Shown here: piece after piece, positions 52,647-64,000 of the stretch
How the letters are laid out: each line of letters begins with the position of its first letter
Position numbering within the stretch: position 1 is the first letter of the stretch
Assembly (NCBI GenBank): GCA_902553145.1
Contig: CACDKD010000001.1
Span: forward strand, 89,786-153,785
Origin: an uncultured Gammaproteobacteria bacterium
GTDB taxonomy: Bacteria; Pseudomonadota; Gammaproteobacteria; Steroidobacterales; UBA11654
Direction of reading: 5' to 3'
Length of the DNA stretch: 64,000 nucleotides
Translations under genes and position numbers: made by a program
Notes under the pieces: generated by a model
Told to the model about the DNA's origin: nothing
Database searches by the model: none
Seen by the model: only the letters and a program-made list of their open reading frames with translations

Positions 52647-53117
52647 ATGAGCTTAAATGCAACATTACTAATACAAATGACTGTCTTTGCGGTGGTTGTT
52701 TTGTTCAGCATGAAGTTTATCTGGCCAATGATAATGGAGGCCATTGAGGAAAGAAATAAAAGCATCTCTGATGGACTGGCTGCTGCTGAGCAAGGACAGA
52801 AAAAGCTCAACGAGGCTGAAACAGAGGTGAACACTCTTATAAAGGAAGCAAAGCAGCAAGCTTCAACAATTCTTGATCAGGCAAATACAAGGGCATCGGG
52901 AATCGTTGAATCAGCAAAAAGCGAGGGCACATTAGAGCGAGAAAAGATAATTTCTACCGCTCATGATGAGGCCCAACAAGAGCTAACAAAGCTTCGTGAA
53001 AACTTAAGAAAAGAAGTAGCGGGTTTGGCCATTAGTGGAGCAGAAAAAATTCTTACAAGAGAGATCAACACAGCAGATCATAAAGAAATGCTCGATAAAC
53101 TGGCGAACAAACTATAG
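52647..53117 (+). CDS. atpF: F0 subunit b
   Basis: NATL..Q, KFIWP and ER...I.DGLAAA. Confidence 0.97.
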   Translation: MSLNATLLIQMTVFAVVVLFSMKFIWPMIMEAIEERNKSISDGLAAAEQGQKKLNEAETEVNTLIKEAKQQASTILDQANTRASGIVESAKSEGTLEREKIISTAHDEAQQELTKLRENLRKEVAGLAISGAEKILTREINTADHKEMLDKLANKL

Positions 53118-53119
53118 TT

Positions 53120-53668
53120 ATGTCCGAGTCAAAAACAATCGCAAGACCGTATGCAAGCGCCTGCTTTGATGTTGCTCAAGAAAGTGGCAACACCGATGAC
53201 TGGCTTTTGTTTCTAGAGGCAGCAGCAGAAGTGGTAAAGGATGAAGCAATGTTAAATCTTGTCAAATCTCCTGGCATAGATAAACAGGAACTCGCCAAAA
53301 CCATAGTTGCTATTTCTAACGAAGCATCAGGTATTTCAGGCTCGGAGGAAAGAAGAAATTTTATTTTACTTCTTTCACAAAACAATCGCCTTGAGGCGCT
53401 TACAGAAATAAAAAAACAGTTTCAACAAATGAAGCAAGAGCTTGAAAAGGTTGTAGAGGCAACAATCACTACAGCAAGCGAAATCAGCGATGAATCCCTA
53501 AGCACTATAAAAGAAGCACTTGAAACCAAACTTCAACAATCAGTGACTATTGAGGTAATGATGGATGAGGGGCTTATAGGCGGAGCAAAAATCCAAATTG
53601 GCGACAATATGATTGACGCCTCTATTAGATCCCAGATAAATGAACTGGGAAGAATTTTAACGAATTAA
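53120..53668 (+). CDS. atpH: F1 subunit delta
   Basis: TIARPYA, LIGG and IDAS. Confidence 0.96.
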   Translation: MSESKTIARPYASACFDVAQESGNTDDWLLFLEAAAEVVKDEAMLNLVKSPGIDKQELAKTIVAISNEASGISGSEERRNFILLLSQNNRLEALTEIKKQFQQMKQELEKVVEATITTASEISDESLSTIKEALETKLQQSVTIEVMMDEGLIGGAKIQIGDNMIDASIRSQINELGRILTN

Positions 53669-53686
53669 TGTAATAAGGATAGAGAG

Positions 53687-55228
53687 ATGGCAACCAAAGC
53701 ATCTGAAATAAGTGAATTAATAAAACAACAAATCAAAAACTTCGAACACGAAGCCAAATCATCCGATGTTGGAACGGTCGTTTCTGTAACCGACGGAATT
53801 ACAAGGATACACGGGCTAAACGACGCACAGTACGGAGAGATGATAGAGTTTCCAGGAGATACTTTTGGCTTGGCGCTTAACCTGGAACAAGACTCTGTCG
53901 GGGCTGTTGTTTTGGGCGACTACACCCACATTTCCGAAGGCGCAGAAGTAAAAACAACAAACAGAATTCTAGAAGTTCCGGTTGGGGAAGGCTTGTTGGG
54001 AAGAGTTGTAGACTCCCTTGGGACACCGCTTGATGGAAAAGGAGCCATTGAGACAGAGCAAACAGCACCAATAGAAAAAGTAGCACCAGGCGTTATCTCT
54101 CGACAATCAGTTGATCAACCAGTCCAAACCGGACTGAAATCGATTGACGCAATGGTGCCAATTGGCAGAGGCCAACGAGAGTTAATTATTGGCGATAGAC
54201 AAACGGGAAAAACAGCCGTTGCTGTTGACACGATAATTAACCAAAAAGGAACAGGCATCAAATGCATCTATGTGGCGGTTGGACAGAAAAACTCATCGGT
54301 TGCCAATGTGGTTAAGAAGCTAGAAGAGGAAGGCGCATTAGAGCATACAATTATTGTTAATGCTGCGGCATCGGATTCTGCTGCGATGCAGTACATTGCA
54401 CCATATTCGGGGTGCGCGATGGGAGAATATTTCCGAGACAAAGGCGAAGACGCACTAATTATTTTTGATGACTTAACCAAACAAGCATGGGCATACAGGC
54501 AGGTCTCGCTTCTACTAAAGAGACCACCAGGGAGAGAGGCCTATCCCGGGGATGTCTTTTACCTTCATTCAAGACTGCTAGAAAGAGCAGCAAGAGTGAA
54601 TGCAGAATATGTTGAAAAAGAGACGAACGGGAAAGTGAAGGGCCAAACCGGATCTTTAACAGCACTACCAATAATTGAAACACAAGCTGGCGATGTTTCT
54701 GCCTTTGTGCCAACAAACGTGATTTCGATCACAGATGGGCAGATATACCTAGAGAGCGACCTCTTTAATGCTGGGATCAGGCCGGCAATAAATGCTGGGC
54801 TATCGGTTTCTCGAGTAGGTGGAGCGGCCCAAACAAAAATCATTAAAAAACTGGGAGGCGGAGTGAGGTTGGCGTTAGCACAGTATCGTGAGCTTGCAGC
54901 ATTTGCCCAATTTGCATCTGATCTTGATGAAGCCACCAGGAAACAACTAGAAAGAGGGCAGAGAGTAACAGAGCTAATGAAACAGAAGCAGTATGCACCA
55001 CTTACTGTTGCAGAAATGGCTGTATCTTTATACGCTGCAAATGAAGGCTATCTAGACGACGTACCTGCCGATAAAATTGTCGAATTTGAATCAGCACTTC
55101 ATGCAAGCTTTACTGATGGAGCCTCGGATCTAGCTCAAAAGATCAATGAAACAGGCGACTACAACGAAGAAATCGAAGCAGACCTTAAAAAGTTCGTTGA
55201 AGACTTTAAATCAACAGGCACCTTCTAG
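53687..55228 (+). CDS. atpA: F1 subunit alpha
   Basis: GDRQTGKT and [21 protein letters not shown]. Confidence 0.99.
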   Translation: MATKASEISELIKQQIKNFEHEAKSSDVGTVVSVTDGITRIHGLNDAQYGEMIEFPGDTFGLALNLEQDSVGAVVLGDYTHISEGAEVKTTNRILEVPVGEGLLGRVVDSLGTPLDGKGAIETEQTAPIEKVAPGVISRQSVDQPVQTGLKSIDAMVPIGRGQRELIIGDRQTGKTAVAVDTIINQKGTGIKCIYVAVGQKNSSVANVVKKLEEEGALEHTIIVNAAASDSAAMQYIAPYSGCAMGEYFRDKGEDALIIFDDLTKQAWAYRQVSLLLKRPPGREAYPGDVFYLHSRLLERAARVNAEYVEKETNGKVKGQTGSLTALPIIETQAGDVSAFVPTNVISITDGQIYLESDLFNAGIRPAINAGLSVSRVGGAAQTKIIKKLGGGVRLALAQYRELAAFAQFASDLDEATRKQLERGQRVTELMKQKQYAPLTVAEMAVSLYAANEGYLDDVPADKIVEFESALHASFTDGASDLAQKINETGDYNEEIEADLKKFVEDFKSTGTF

Positions 55229-55230
55229 TA

Positions 55231-56091
55231 ATGGCCAACGAAAAAGAAATACGAACAAAGATTGGGAGCGTTAAAAACACCCAAAAAATCACCAAGGCCA
55301 TGGAAATGGTTGCGGCGAGCAAAATGCGCCGAACACAGGAGACCATGAAAAAAGCATTGCCCTATGCAGACAAAATTAGAGCAGTGATCGGCCATATCTA
55401 TAAAGCAAACCCTGACTATAAGCACCCATTTCTTGAAAAGAGAGATGTCAAAACTGCAGGCTATATTGTGGTCAGCTCGGATAGAGGTCTTTGCGGAGGA
55501 TTAAATGTAAATATGTTTAGGGGCCTCATAGCAGAGCTCAAAGAGAATAAAAACAACCAAGTTGAATCAAAACTTTGTCTTGTAGGCGCAAAGGCGGTCC
55601 AATTTTTTAGGTCTGTAGACGTTGATGTTGTAGCGGCAGCATCTCATCTTGGCGAAGAACCACAAGTTGAAGATTTGGTCGGCTCAATTAAAACCATGTT
55701 AGATGAATACATCGAGGGGAAGATTGACCAGCTCTTTATTGTGCACAATGATTTTGTGAACACGATGACACAAAAACCAGAAATCAAAACGCTTCTCCCA
55801 ATAGACCCTGAAGACAGAGAAGAAATGCAAGAACACTGGGACTATATTTATGAGCCAGACTCAAAAGAGCTTTTGGACTATATATTGATGAGATATATCG
55901 AGTCACAAGTCTATCGAGCTGTAGTTGAAAATGTAGCATGCGAAATGGCAGCCAAAATGGTGGCCATGAAAAGCGCTACAGACAATGCAGGAAAATTAAT
56001 AGACCAGCTTGAGCTTGACTATAACAAAGCAAGACAGGCGGCAATCACACAAGAAATTTCAGAAATAGTTGGCGGCGCAGCTGCTGTTTAA
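55231..56091 (+). CDS. atpG: F1 subunit gamma
   Basis: [20 protein letters not shown] and RQAAITQEI. Confidence 0.99.
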   Translation: MANEKEIRTKIGSVKNTQKITKAMEMVAASKMRRTQETMKKALPYADKIRAVIGHIYKANPDYKHPFLEKRDVKTAGYIVVSSDRGLCGGLNVNMFRGLIAELKENKNNQVESKLCLVGAKAVQFFRSVDVDVVAAASHLGEEPQVEDLVGSIKTMLDEYIEGKIDQLFIVHNDFVNTMTQKPEIKTLLPIDPEDREEMQEHWDYIYEPDSKELLDYILMRYIESQVYRAVVENVACEMAAKMVAMKSATDNAGKLIDQLELDYNKARQAAITQEISEIVGGAAAV

Positions 56092-57486
<1,395 letters not shown>

Positions 57487-57489
57487 TTT

Positions 57490-57906
57490 ATGGGCGCGAT
57501 CAGAGTAGAAATAGTTAGTGCAGAAATTGCCATTTTCTCTGGAGAAGCATCAATGGTTGTTGCACCAGGCAAGGACGGTGATTTGGGAATCGCCCCAAAA
57601 CATACACCTCTTCTCACAACACTTAGGCCCGGTGAAATTGAACTCCATAAAGAAGGCTCTGAAAAAGAGTACATTTACGTAACAGGCGGTATTCTAGAGG
57701 TCCAGCCACACATGGTCACAATTCTAGCTGATTCGGCAACCCATTCTGAGGAGTTGGACGAAGAGGCTGCTCTTCAAGCAAAAAACCAAGCTGAGGAAGC
57801 GCTCAAAGGCGCCGAAAAAAAAGAAGACTTAGAGCAAGCACAGGCTCAGTTAGTAGAGGCTGCAGCACGATATAGCGCCGTCAAGAAGCTGAAAGGCCGC
57901 AAGTAA
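57490..57906 (+). CDS. atpC: F1 subunit epsilon
   Basis: IVSAE, GDLGIAPKHTP and GGILEVQP. Confidence 0.97.
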   Translation: MGAIRVEIVSAEIAIFSGEASMVVAPGKDGDLGIAPKHTPLLTTLRPGEIELHKEGSEKEYIYVTGGILEVQPHMVTILADSATHSEELDEEAALQAKNQAEEALKGAEKKEDLEQAQAQLVEAAARYSAVKKLKGRK

Positions 57907-57989
57907 GTCTATAAAATTACCTTAAATTTCTGGCGTTTTTAGCTATTTTCTATTTAAACTACGCAACCGTTTCATCAAAATAGTTAAAT

Positions 57990-59360
57990 ATGGCTTGGAC
58001 AGCAGTAATTCTAGCAGCAGGAAAGGGCACGAGAATGGCCTCCTGTAAACCAAAAGCACTCCAGACACTTGCTGGAAGGACTCTTGTTGAGCATATTATT
58101 GATAAATTAGCAGATGTTGCCATTGATGACGTTGTAATCATTCATTCCCCAGAGGCAAAAAAAGACTTTGAAAAAAAAATAGGACCAAATAAAAAGATAA
58201 CCTATGTTGAGCAAGAACAAGCATTGGGAACAGCACATGCCTTAAAAACGGCACTTCCTCATGTTATATCTGATAATCTGCTGGTACTTCTCGGAGACGT
58301 TCCTCTACTCTCGCGGCGCATAATTAAAAAACTACAAAAACAAACTTTAGACAATGACCTCGTTGTGCTAACAGGAGAGGTTAAAAACCCTTCTGGTTAT
58401 GGAAGAATAATTAAAGACAGCGAAGGAAAACCTATGGCGATCATTGAAGAGCTGGATTGTGATGAAGCGCAAAGAGAGATAAAAGAAATAAACTCAGGAA
58501 TCATGGCTTTTAAGACTAATGTTGCAAAAAACCTTGTTGAAAGAATAAAGCCAAGCCTTAAAAAAAACGAGTACTATCTTACAGATGCTATAGAAATCGC
58601 TTACCATGAAGGTTTAAGAACAGTAAGTTATGGAACTACAGAAGAAGAGGTTTTTGGTGTGAATTCAAAAAAAGATTTAGCAGAGGCTGAAAAAATTAAT
58701 CGAAAAAAAATAGCGGTAGAGCTAATGGAAAAAGGGGTTACAGTCATAGACCCAAATAGAATCGATGTCAGAGGAAAGCTTACCTGTGGGAAGGATGTAA
58801 CAATTGACGTCAATACGGTTTTTATTGGCGATGTAACACTGGGAGACGGCGTTTCAATAGCCCCATTCACTGTTATTGCAAATAGCGTCATTGGCGATGA
58901 AACAGACATTCATTCACACTCAAACATAGAAGAAGCAGACATTGGCTCGAAGTGCAATATAGGACCATTTGCAAGGATCAGACCTCAAACAAAACTAGAG
59001 GAAGGCGCGAAGGTTGGAAACTTTGTAGAAACAAAAAAAGCCGTGATTGGAAAAGGCTCAAAGGTAAATCATTTAACCTATATTGGCGACGCAATAATTG
59101 GAGATAACACAAATATAGGCGCGGGGACAATCACTTGTAATTATGATGGTGTAAATAAACACCAAACAAGGATTGGAGACGAGGTCTTTATTGGATCTGG
59201 CGTAGAGCTTGTCGCGCCCATAGAGGTTGAAAGCGGCGCCACCGTAGGTGCGGGATCAACAATATCAAAGCACGCCCCCGCAAATAAACTAACAATAGAG
59301 CGATCTAAACAAAAAACCATTGATGGCTGGAATAGACCAACAAAAAAGGAAGAAAACTAG
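57990..59360 (+). CDS. glmU: Bifunctional GlcNAc-1-P uridyltransferase/acetyltransferase
   Basis: LAAGKGTRM, EYYLTD, GPFARIRP, GNFVE and CNYDG, with hexapeptide repeats. Confidence 0.98.
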   Translation: MAWTAVILAAGKGTRMASCKPKALQTLAGRTLVEHIIDKLADVAIDDVVIIHSPEAKKDFEKKIGPNKKITYVEQEQALGTAHALKTALPHVISDNLLVLLGDVPLLSRRIIKKLQKQTLDNDLVVLTGEVKNPSGYGRIIKDSEGKPMAIIEELDCDEAQREIKEINSGIMAFKTNVAKNLVERIKPSLKKNEYYLTDAIEIAYHEGLRTVSYGTTEEEVFGVNSKKDLAEAEKINRKKIAVELMEKGVTVIDPNRIDVRGKLTCGKDVTIDVNTVFIGDVTLGDGVSIAPFTVIANSVIGDETDIHSHSNIEEADIGSKCNIGPFARIRPQTKLEEGAKVGNFVETKKAVIGKGSKVNHLTYIGDAIIGDNTNIGAGTITCNYDGVNKHQTRIGDEVFIGSGVELVAPIEVESGATVGAGSTISKHAPANKLTIERSKQKTIDGWNRPTKKEEN

Positions 59361-61186
59361 TGTGTGGAATCATAGGCGCAGCCTCCTCTAGAAGTGTTGG
59401 AAAAATCTTAGTGAATGGGCTTAAGAAAATGGAATATCGTGGCTATGACTCCGCAGGCCTTGTTTTAAATAATGAAAGCGAAGCTATCCAACTAAAAACA
59501 CTTGGCAAAGTTGCCAATCTAGAAGATCTAATGATCGAAAAAAAGCCCAGAGCCCAATCAGGCATAGCTCACACAAGGTGGGCTACACACGGAGAGCCAT
59601 CCCAAAAAAATGCTCACCCGCACACATCAAATGGAACCATTTATATTGTTCACAACGGGATAATTGAAAACCATGATGAGCTCAGAGAAAGACTATCAAA
59701 TGATGGCTATAAGATTGAATCAGAAACAGATTCAGAGCTTATTGCACACTTGATTCATTCCAACAAGGAAAATGGTAAAAGCACACTAGAAGCTTTAATT
59801 GAGGCAACAAAAGCACTTGACGGAGCATACTCAATCGCTGTGATTGACACAGAACAAAATGGGAAAATATTCGCAGCCAAACAAAAAAGCCCACTTTTGG
59901 TTGGGAGGGGCATAGAAGAAAATTTCGTAGCCTCAGACCCGCTAGCAATAGCAGGGCTTTCTGAGTCATTCTACCTTTTAGAGGACGGCGACTTTGCAGT
60001 AATTACTCAAGATGAAATCAAAATCTTTGGTTCTGATGGTGAGGGGGTCTCAAGAGAAGAGACCATTATAGACACCAGAGTAAAAGAAGTATCTAAAGAT
60101 GGATACAAGCACTTCATGGAAAAAGAGATATACGAACAACCAAAAGCCATAGCAAATGCCATTGAGGGAAGAACAACAGAGGGGGATGTTCTAGACAATA
60201 TATTTGGCTTGGGATCATCTGAATCATTCAATAGGGTAAAAAGGATTCAGTTTGTTGCTTGTGGAACAAGCCTACACGCCGCAAAAACAGCTAGAAAATG
60301 GTTTGAAGAGCTTTGTGAAACACCATGCTACATTGATTTTGCAAGCGAATACAGATACCGAAACCCTTTGGTTGAAGATGATACTTTATTTGTGTGTATT
60401 TCGCAGTCAGGAGAGACTGCAGACACCATGGCGGCATTGAACTATGCAAAAGAAGAAAAATATTTAGGAATTGTTACGATTTGTAATGTTCCTACTAGCA
60501 CCATGGCAAGAGAGTCCGATTGGAAAATATTTACAAACGCAGGCCCTGAAATCGGCGTTGCCTCAACCAAAGCATTTACAACACAGCTTGCAGCACTAAT
60601 GCTGTTGGCTTGTTCAATATCAAAAAGCAAAGACATAAATGGGGAAAAAAGGGCCGAAGCCATTGAAGATCTTGTTAATACACCGGCGCTTGTGAAAGAA
60701 GCGTTTGGGCTAAAAAAACACATAGACGATATTGTTGAGAAAATTGCAGACAAAAAGAATGCATTGTATCTAGGTAGGGGCGTTTACTTCTCAATCGCAC
60801 AAGAGGGAGCACTAAAATTTAAAGAGATCACATACATTCATGCTGAAGCATATCCAGCAGGCGAGTTAAAACATGGACCACTCGCACTTGTTGATGAGAC
60901 GACACCCGTTGTAGCCCTTGCACCAGAAGATGAGCTCGTAGAAAAGCTTGTCTCAAATCTCGAAGAAGTCAAATCAAGAGGAGGAACGCTTTACGTCTTT
61001 GGAAACGCAACGTCAAAGATAAAAATTGAAAAAGGAAAATTTATGAACATGCCAGATTGCGGTTACTACAATGCACCAATTGTTTACACAATACCGTTAC
61101 AAATATTAGCCTATGAGGTTGCGTGCTCAATAGGAACGGACCTAGATCAACCAAGGAATCTAGCAAAATCAGTGACTGTGGAGTAA
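59360..61186 (+). CDS. glmS: Glutamine--fructose-6-phosphate aminotransferase
   Basis: MCGI, EYRGYDSAG, HTRWATHG, SQSGET and PRNLAKSVTVE. Confidence 0.99.
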   Translation: MCGIIGAASSRSVGKILVNGLKKMEYRGYDSAGLVLNNESEAIQLKTLGKVANLEDLMIEKKPRAQSGIAHTRWATHGEPSQKNAHPHTSNGTIYIVHNGIIENHDELRERLSNDGYKIESETDSELIAHLIHSNKENGKSTLEALIEATKALDGAYSIAVIDTEQNGKIFAAKQKSPLLVGRGIEENFVASDPLAIAGLSESFYLLEDGDFAVITQDEIKIFGSDGEGVSREETIIDTRVKEVSKDGYKHFMEKEIYEQPKAIANAIEGRTTEGDVLDNIFGLGSSESFNRVKRIQFVACGTSLHAAKTARKWFEELCETPCYIDFASEYRYRNPLVEDDTLFVCISQSGETADTMAALNYAKEEKYLGIVTICNVPTSTMARESDWKIFTNAGPEIGVASTKAFTTQLAALMLLACSISKSKDINGEKRAEAIEDLVNTPALVKEAFGLKKHIDDIVEKIADKKNALYLGRGVYFSIAQEGALKFKEITYIHAEAYPAGELKHGPLALVDETTPVVALAPEDELVEKLVSNLEEVKSRGGTLYVFGNATSKIKIEKGKFMNMPDCGYYNAPIVYTIPLQILAYEVACSIGTDLDQPRNLAKSVTVE

Positions 61187-61493
61187 TTTTAAACAGTGAC
61201 CGTTGAATGATTCTGTGAAAAAAAGCTTATTAATTTTAATGGTTTTCTCTATTACGGGCTGTGCTAGCACTGCATTATCAATAACTGGAGGAAAAATTAT
61301 AAGCCATGATTTCAAGATATATCATTTTAGTGATGACGATTATCTAGATATTTTTAACTTAAAAAATGGCGAAAGAATTACTAAGTACTGCACTAAACAC
61401 GAAGAACAAGTAGAAGTAAGGAGAGTACGTACGCATCATGACAGTGTGGATAGAACCATCTGGATAGTTGATATCGCAGAAACCGTTGAATAA
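61169..61493 (+). repeat. Three copies of a glmS 3'-end motif; 10-bp direct repeat ACCGTTGAAT at 61199-61208 and 61482-61491
   Basis: TCAGTGACTGTGGAGTAA (SVTVE*), ACAGTGACCGTTGAATGA (TVTVE*) and ACCGTTGAATAA (TVE*). Confidence 0.6.
61215..61493 (+). CDS. Hypothetical small lipoprotein
   Basis: From GTG 61215 it reads MKKSLLILMVFSITG-C (lipobox). Confidence 0.7.
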   Translation: MKKSLLILMVFSITGCASTALSITGGKIISHDFKIYHFSDDDYLDIFNLKNGERITKYCTKHEEQVEVRRVRTHHDSVDRTIWIVDIAETVE

Positions 61494-61523
61494 AAAAAGG
61501 ATTAGTTTTTTTAGGACTTAATA

Positions 61524-61811
61524 ATGGAAATAAATTGGGTGATTTTAGGCTGGCTAATCGACATGATTCTTAATGGTTTTGTGTGGCTTATCATTGCAGC
61601 ATTTTCTCTGTTATTAATTGATATGACTGACACATGGACAAGAAAAGCTATTAAATGGATGGATAAAGCTGATAAATGGACAAGAAAATTAATAGATAAC
61701 TCATTTGAATGGATTCAAAAGAAGAATCTTAAAATAACCTCTAGCATTATATTGTTAATTATCTTTGGTGTTCTTGCCCAACTAGGAATAATACCTAAGC
61801 TGATAACTTAA
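61524..61811 (+). CDS. Hypothetical small membrane protein with Trp-repeat linker
   Basis: AGGA SD; two hydrophobic segments; internal ATGGACAAGAAAA repeat at 42-nt spacing. Confidence 0.6.
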   Translation: MEINWVILGWLIDMILNGFVWLIIAAFSLLLIDMTDTWTRKAIKWMDKADKWTRKLIDNSFEWIQKKNLKITSSIILLIIFGVLAQLGIIPKLIT

Positions 61812-61822
61812 TATAAAAGGAC

Positions 61823-62278
61823 ATGAAAAAAATAATACCAATAATCTTTTTGATGTTTTCATATAGTGGCTCGGCCCAAGAAAAACTGGATGCTCTTCTA
61901 GATGGTCTTCACCAAGACGCCCACGAAGGTAATTTTGAGACTTATTTTGCCCGCTATAGTTCGGATGCTATTTTTTTAGGTACAGATAAAACCGAGCGCT
62001 GGACCATAGAAGAACTCAAAGACTATGCCATGCCTGCGTTTGAAGACGGTCATGGGTGGACTTACGCAGTAATCGAGCGCAATTGGGAGGGCGACGGAAA
62101 TACACGCTGGTTTGATGAAATTCTGCTCAATGAAAAGTTAGGACATTGCAGGGGGACTGGCGTCGTCCAACTGATCAACGGCGAATGGAAAATAGCCCAC
62201 TATGCTCTCACTATGCTTGTCCCCAATGCCATTGCTGAAGACGTTGGCTCACAGACTCAGGAAGCTGACAAACAATAA
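61823..62278 (+). CDS. Exported NTF2/SnoaL-like protein
   Basis: Signal peptide, FLGTDKTERW, WFDE, RGTGV and WKIAHY. Confidence 0.8.
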   Translation: MKKIIPIIFLMFSYSGSAQEKLDALLDGLHQDAHEGNFETYFARYSSDAIFLGTDKTERWTIEELKDYAMPAFEDGHGWTYAVIERNWEGDGNTRWFDEILLNEKLGHCRGTGVVQLINGEWKIAHYALTMLVPNAIAEDVGSQTQEADKQ

Positions 62279-62281
62279 AAA

Positions 62282-63394
62282 TTATCTTTCTTTTGTAATA
62301 CTGAAGAGCTCATTTTTAAATTTGAGCTCATTCGAACTCTCTATGGTTTTTCTAACTTTGTTTCGAAGCCTTGGGTTGCTCTCTAATTTTTTAATATCCT
62401 TCTCAGCCACCTGACCCACGTATAATATATTTGCCCACTTGGCATCTGTGTTGTGCCCAAATAATTCTGTTACGGTCTGGTCTGGGGCACGCTTAAATTT
62501 AAAGTAGTAACTGGCAGGTTTTGAAAAACTATACAGGCCGCTTTCACCGAAAGAACTATTTTTTAAGTATTCAATAATGTCTTTAGCTGTATTTGGAAAA
62601 AGCTCTTTGTCCTTAAAGGCCAACTTTAAAATTTTATGAATAGATTCACCGCCGCAGGTATGGGTTACCAAGAGTTTTCCTGATTTATTTAAAAGACCAA
62701 TTAACGGACCAAGTACATTATTGACCTTCGCTTTTACAGGGGCCGCAGCCCTATAAGATTGTGATGCAACGATAAGATCATACTTGTTGTTCTTGTAATC
62801 ATTTTTAAGAAACTTTTTTAAGTGCTTCTCGTTGTCTTCCCTATAAATTCTTATAATGCAGGGGTTTGAATAAGACGTACTGCCGTTTTTATCTATCACT
62901 ATTCCCCAGTTCTTTTTGATAAAGTTGCCTAAATGCCTGCTTGTGATTTGGGAGTTAAAATCAAACGAATTATTGTTTTTTAGGGCAAGGTTGAATTCTT
63001 TAACCTTTTTTTCTTTGATTTTCTTTGAGCCCTCAATTGAGCCAAGCTCTGAAAATTTTACGTTTGTCATCGTAATTAACAGGTTTGGGTGTTCAACAAA
63101 CCTATCTGGCATTTTCTCTATGGTGTTTTTTAAATCTTCATAACTTATTTCTTTTCCAGTGATCAAAAGGGAGGTATAGGGGTGATACTTATGAAAGCTT
63201 TTAATCATGTTTGAGAAGATTGTCCCATCACCTGTGCCAGCATCCAAAACTCTTATGTAGGATTTATTTTCTGATAGCTTTGAAATATGTGAAAAAATCT
63301 TCTCAGAGATTGCTTTTTTCTCTCCGGTGTTTTGTATAAACGATAAATATTTTAATCGATTATCGAAGAATCTTTTTTTACCAATTTTTTTCAC
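62282..63394 (-). CDS. Hypothetical protein with class I SAM-methyltransferase-like motif
   Basis: RFFDNR.KYL N-terminus and VLDAGTGDG motif I. GTG 63394 is preferred as the start. Confidence 0.65.
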   Translation of the reverse strand: MKKIGKKRFFDNRLKYLSFIQNTGEKKAISEKIFSHISKLSENKSYIRVLDAGTGDGTIFSNMIKSFHKYHPYTSLLITGKEISYEDLKNTIEKMPDRFVEHPNLLITMTNVKFSELGSIEGSKKIKEKKVKEFNLALKNNNSFDFNSQITSRHLGNFIKKNWGIVIDKNGSTSYSNPCIIRIYREDNEKHLKKFLKNDYKNNKYDLIVASQSYRAAAPVKAKVNNVLGPLIGLLNKSGKLLVTHTCGGESIHKILKLAFKDKELFPNTAKDIIEYLKNSSFGESGLYSFSKPASYYFKFKRAPDQTVTELFGHNTDAKWANILYVGQVAEKDIKKLESNPRLRNKVRKTIESSNELKFKNELFSITKER

Positions 63395-63507
63395 AGAAGA
63401 TATTTTATAAATAAAACAAGGAACCAAATAATAACACTGAGGAGCCGCCCATTTAAAATTAAGTTCAATGAAACTAAAAAACCAAGACAACATGCTATAT
63501 TTATCTA

Positions 63508-63864
63508 ATGCAAAAGAACGAGTATTTTGGATCCTGCCACTGCGGCGATATTAAGTTCAAATTCTATTCAAGTGAATCCGTAGAGATCTGGAAGTGCAAC
63601 TGCTCTATATGTGCTCTGCTTAATTACGAGCACCTTTTCATTAAGCACGAAGACTTCAAAATCATTCAGGGCAACAAACTGCTATCGGAGTATTCTTTCG
63701 GAACAAAAAAGGCGAGACACTTATTCTGCAAAAAGTGTGGAACAAAAAGTTTTTACCAGCCCCGCTCGCACCCTGATTCATATAGCATCAACTTAAAATC
63801 TGTTCACAATGGCCCTGAAATAAAAAATGTGATTTACTTCGATGGAAAAAATGAATTCAACTAA
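63508..63864 (+). CDS. GFA / CENP-V family Zn protein
   Basis: GSCHCG, CNCSIC, HLFCKKCG and PRSHP. Confidence 0.9.
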   Translation: MQKNEYFGSCHCGDIKFKFYSSESVEIWKCNCSICALLNYEHLFIKHEDFKIIQGNKLLSEYSFGTKKARHLFCKKCGTKSFYQPRSHPDSYSINLKSVHNGPEIKNVIYFDGKNEFN

Positions 63865-63879
63865 TCTTCAAAAGCATTT

Positions 63880-64000
63880 ATGAGAAACTACCTCCTTCTT
63901 TTTTTAGCAATTGGCCTTGAGGTCATGGGTACGATGATGCTGCCAGCAACACAAAGCTTTACAAAACTCCTTCCAAGCTTTGTTTCTGTGATTTCTTATG
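63880..64000 (+). CDS. SMR/DMT family small multidrug transporter (truncated by window end)
   Basis: Hand translation MRNYLLLFLAIGLEVMGTMMLPATQSFTKLLPS, with the conserved TM1 Glu14. Confidence 0.85.
   Translation, partial: MRNYLLLFLAIGLEVMGTMMLPATQSFTKLLPSFVSVISY

Noticed and set aside
59340..59362. glmS ribozyme or regulatory leader
   Set aside because: The glmU stop overlaps the glmS GTG start, leaving no intergenic space.
61187..64000. Tn7-like transposon at attTn7
   Set aside because: No tnsABCD/tniQ genes and no recognisable Tn7 end with repeated TnsB sites in the window.

Overview
AT-rich, densely packed chromosomal segment spanning the replication-origin region of what looks like a streamlined, probably marine Gammaproteobacterium. 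The taxonomy is inferred from gene order and protein motifs only. Left arm: pntB (partial), a PLP aminotransferase, priA-argS, def-fmt-DUF4390-ntrY-ntrX, smg-topA-tsaC-aroE, grx/xth, then a ~12 kb minus-strand run (TonB receptor, purine PRTase, ferredoxin reductase, pgi, ceramidase-like, serine hydrolase, GST, TIM-barrel, amino-alcohol kinase, PLP phospho-lyase), and glyQS-plsC. Centre: gyrB-recF-dnaN-dnaA, with DnaA boxes and an AT-rich tract between dnaA and dnaN and a parS palindrome inside recF. Right arm: rpmH-rnpA-yidC-mnmE-mnmG, an inserted Opp ABC transporter plus acuI-like gene, rsmG-parA-parB, the atp operon, glmU-glmS, and a small accessory cluster after glmS. I saw no rRNA, tRNA, CRISPR or transposase genes. 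Most notable observations: (1) a structured ~170-nt leader ahead of the TonB receptor/purine PRTase that matches no riboswitch class I recognise; (2) tsaC apparently initiating at a non-canonical ATC; (3) apparently inverted strand compositional skew around oriC; (4) a ceramidase-kinase-phospho-lyase gene run; (5) repeated copies of the glmS 3' end flanking a small cargo gene; (6) several probable leaderless genes; (7) an alpha2-type GlyRS occupying the usual glyQ/glyS position.
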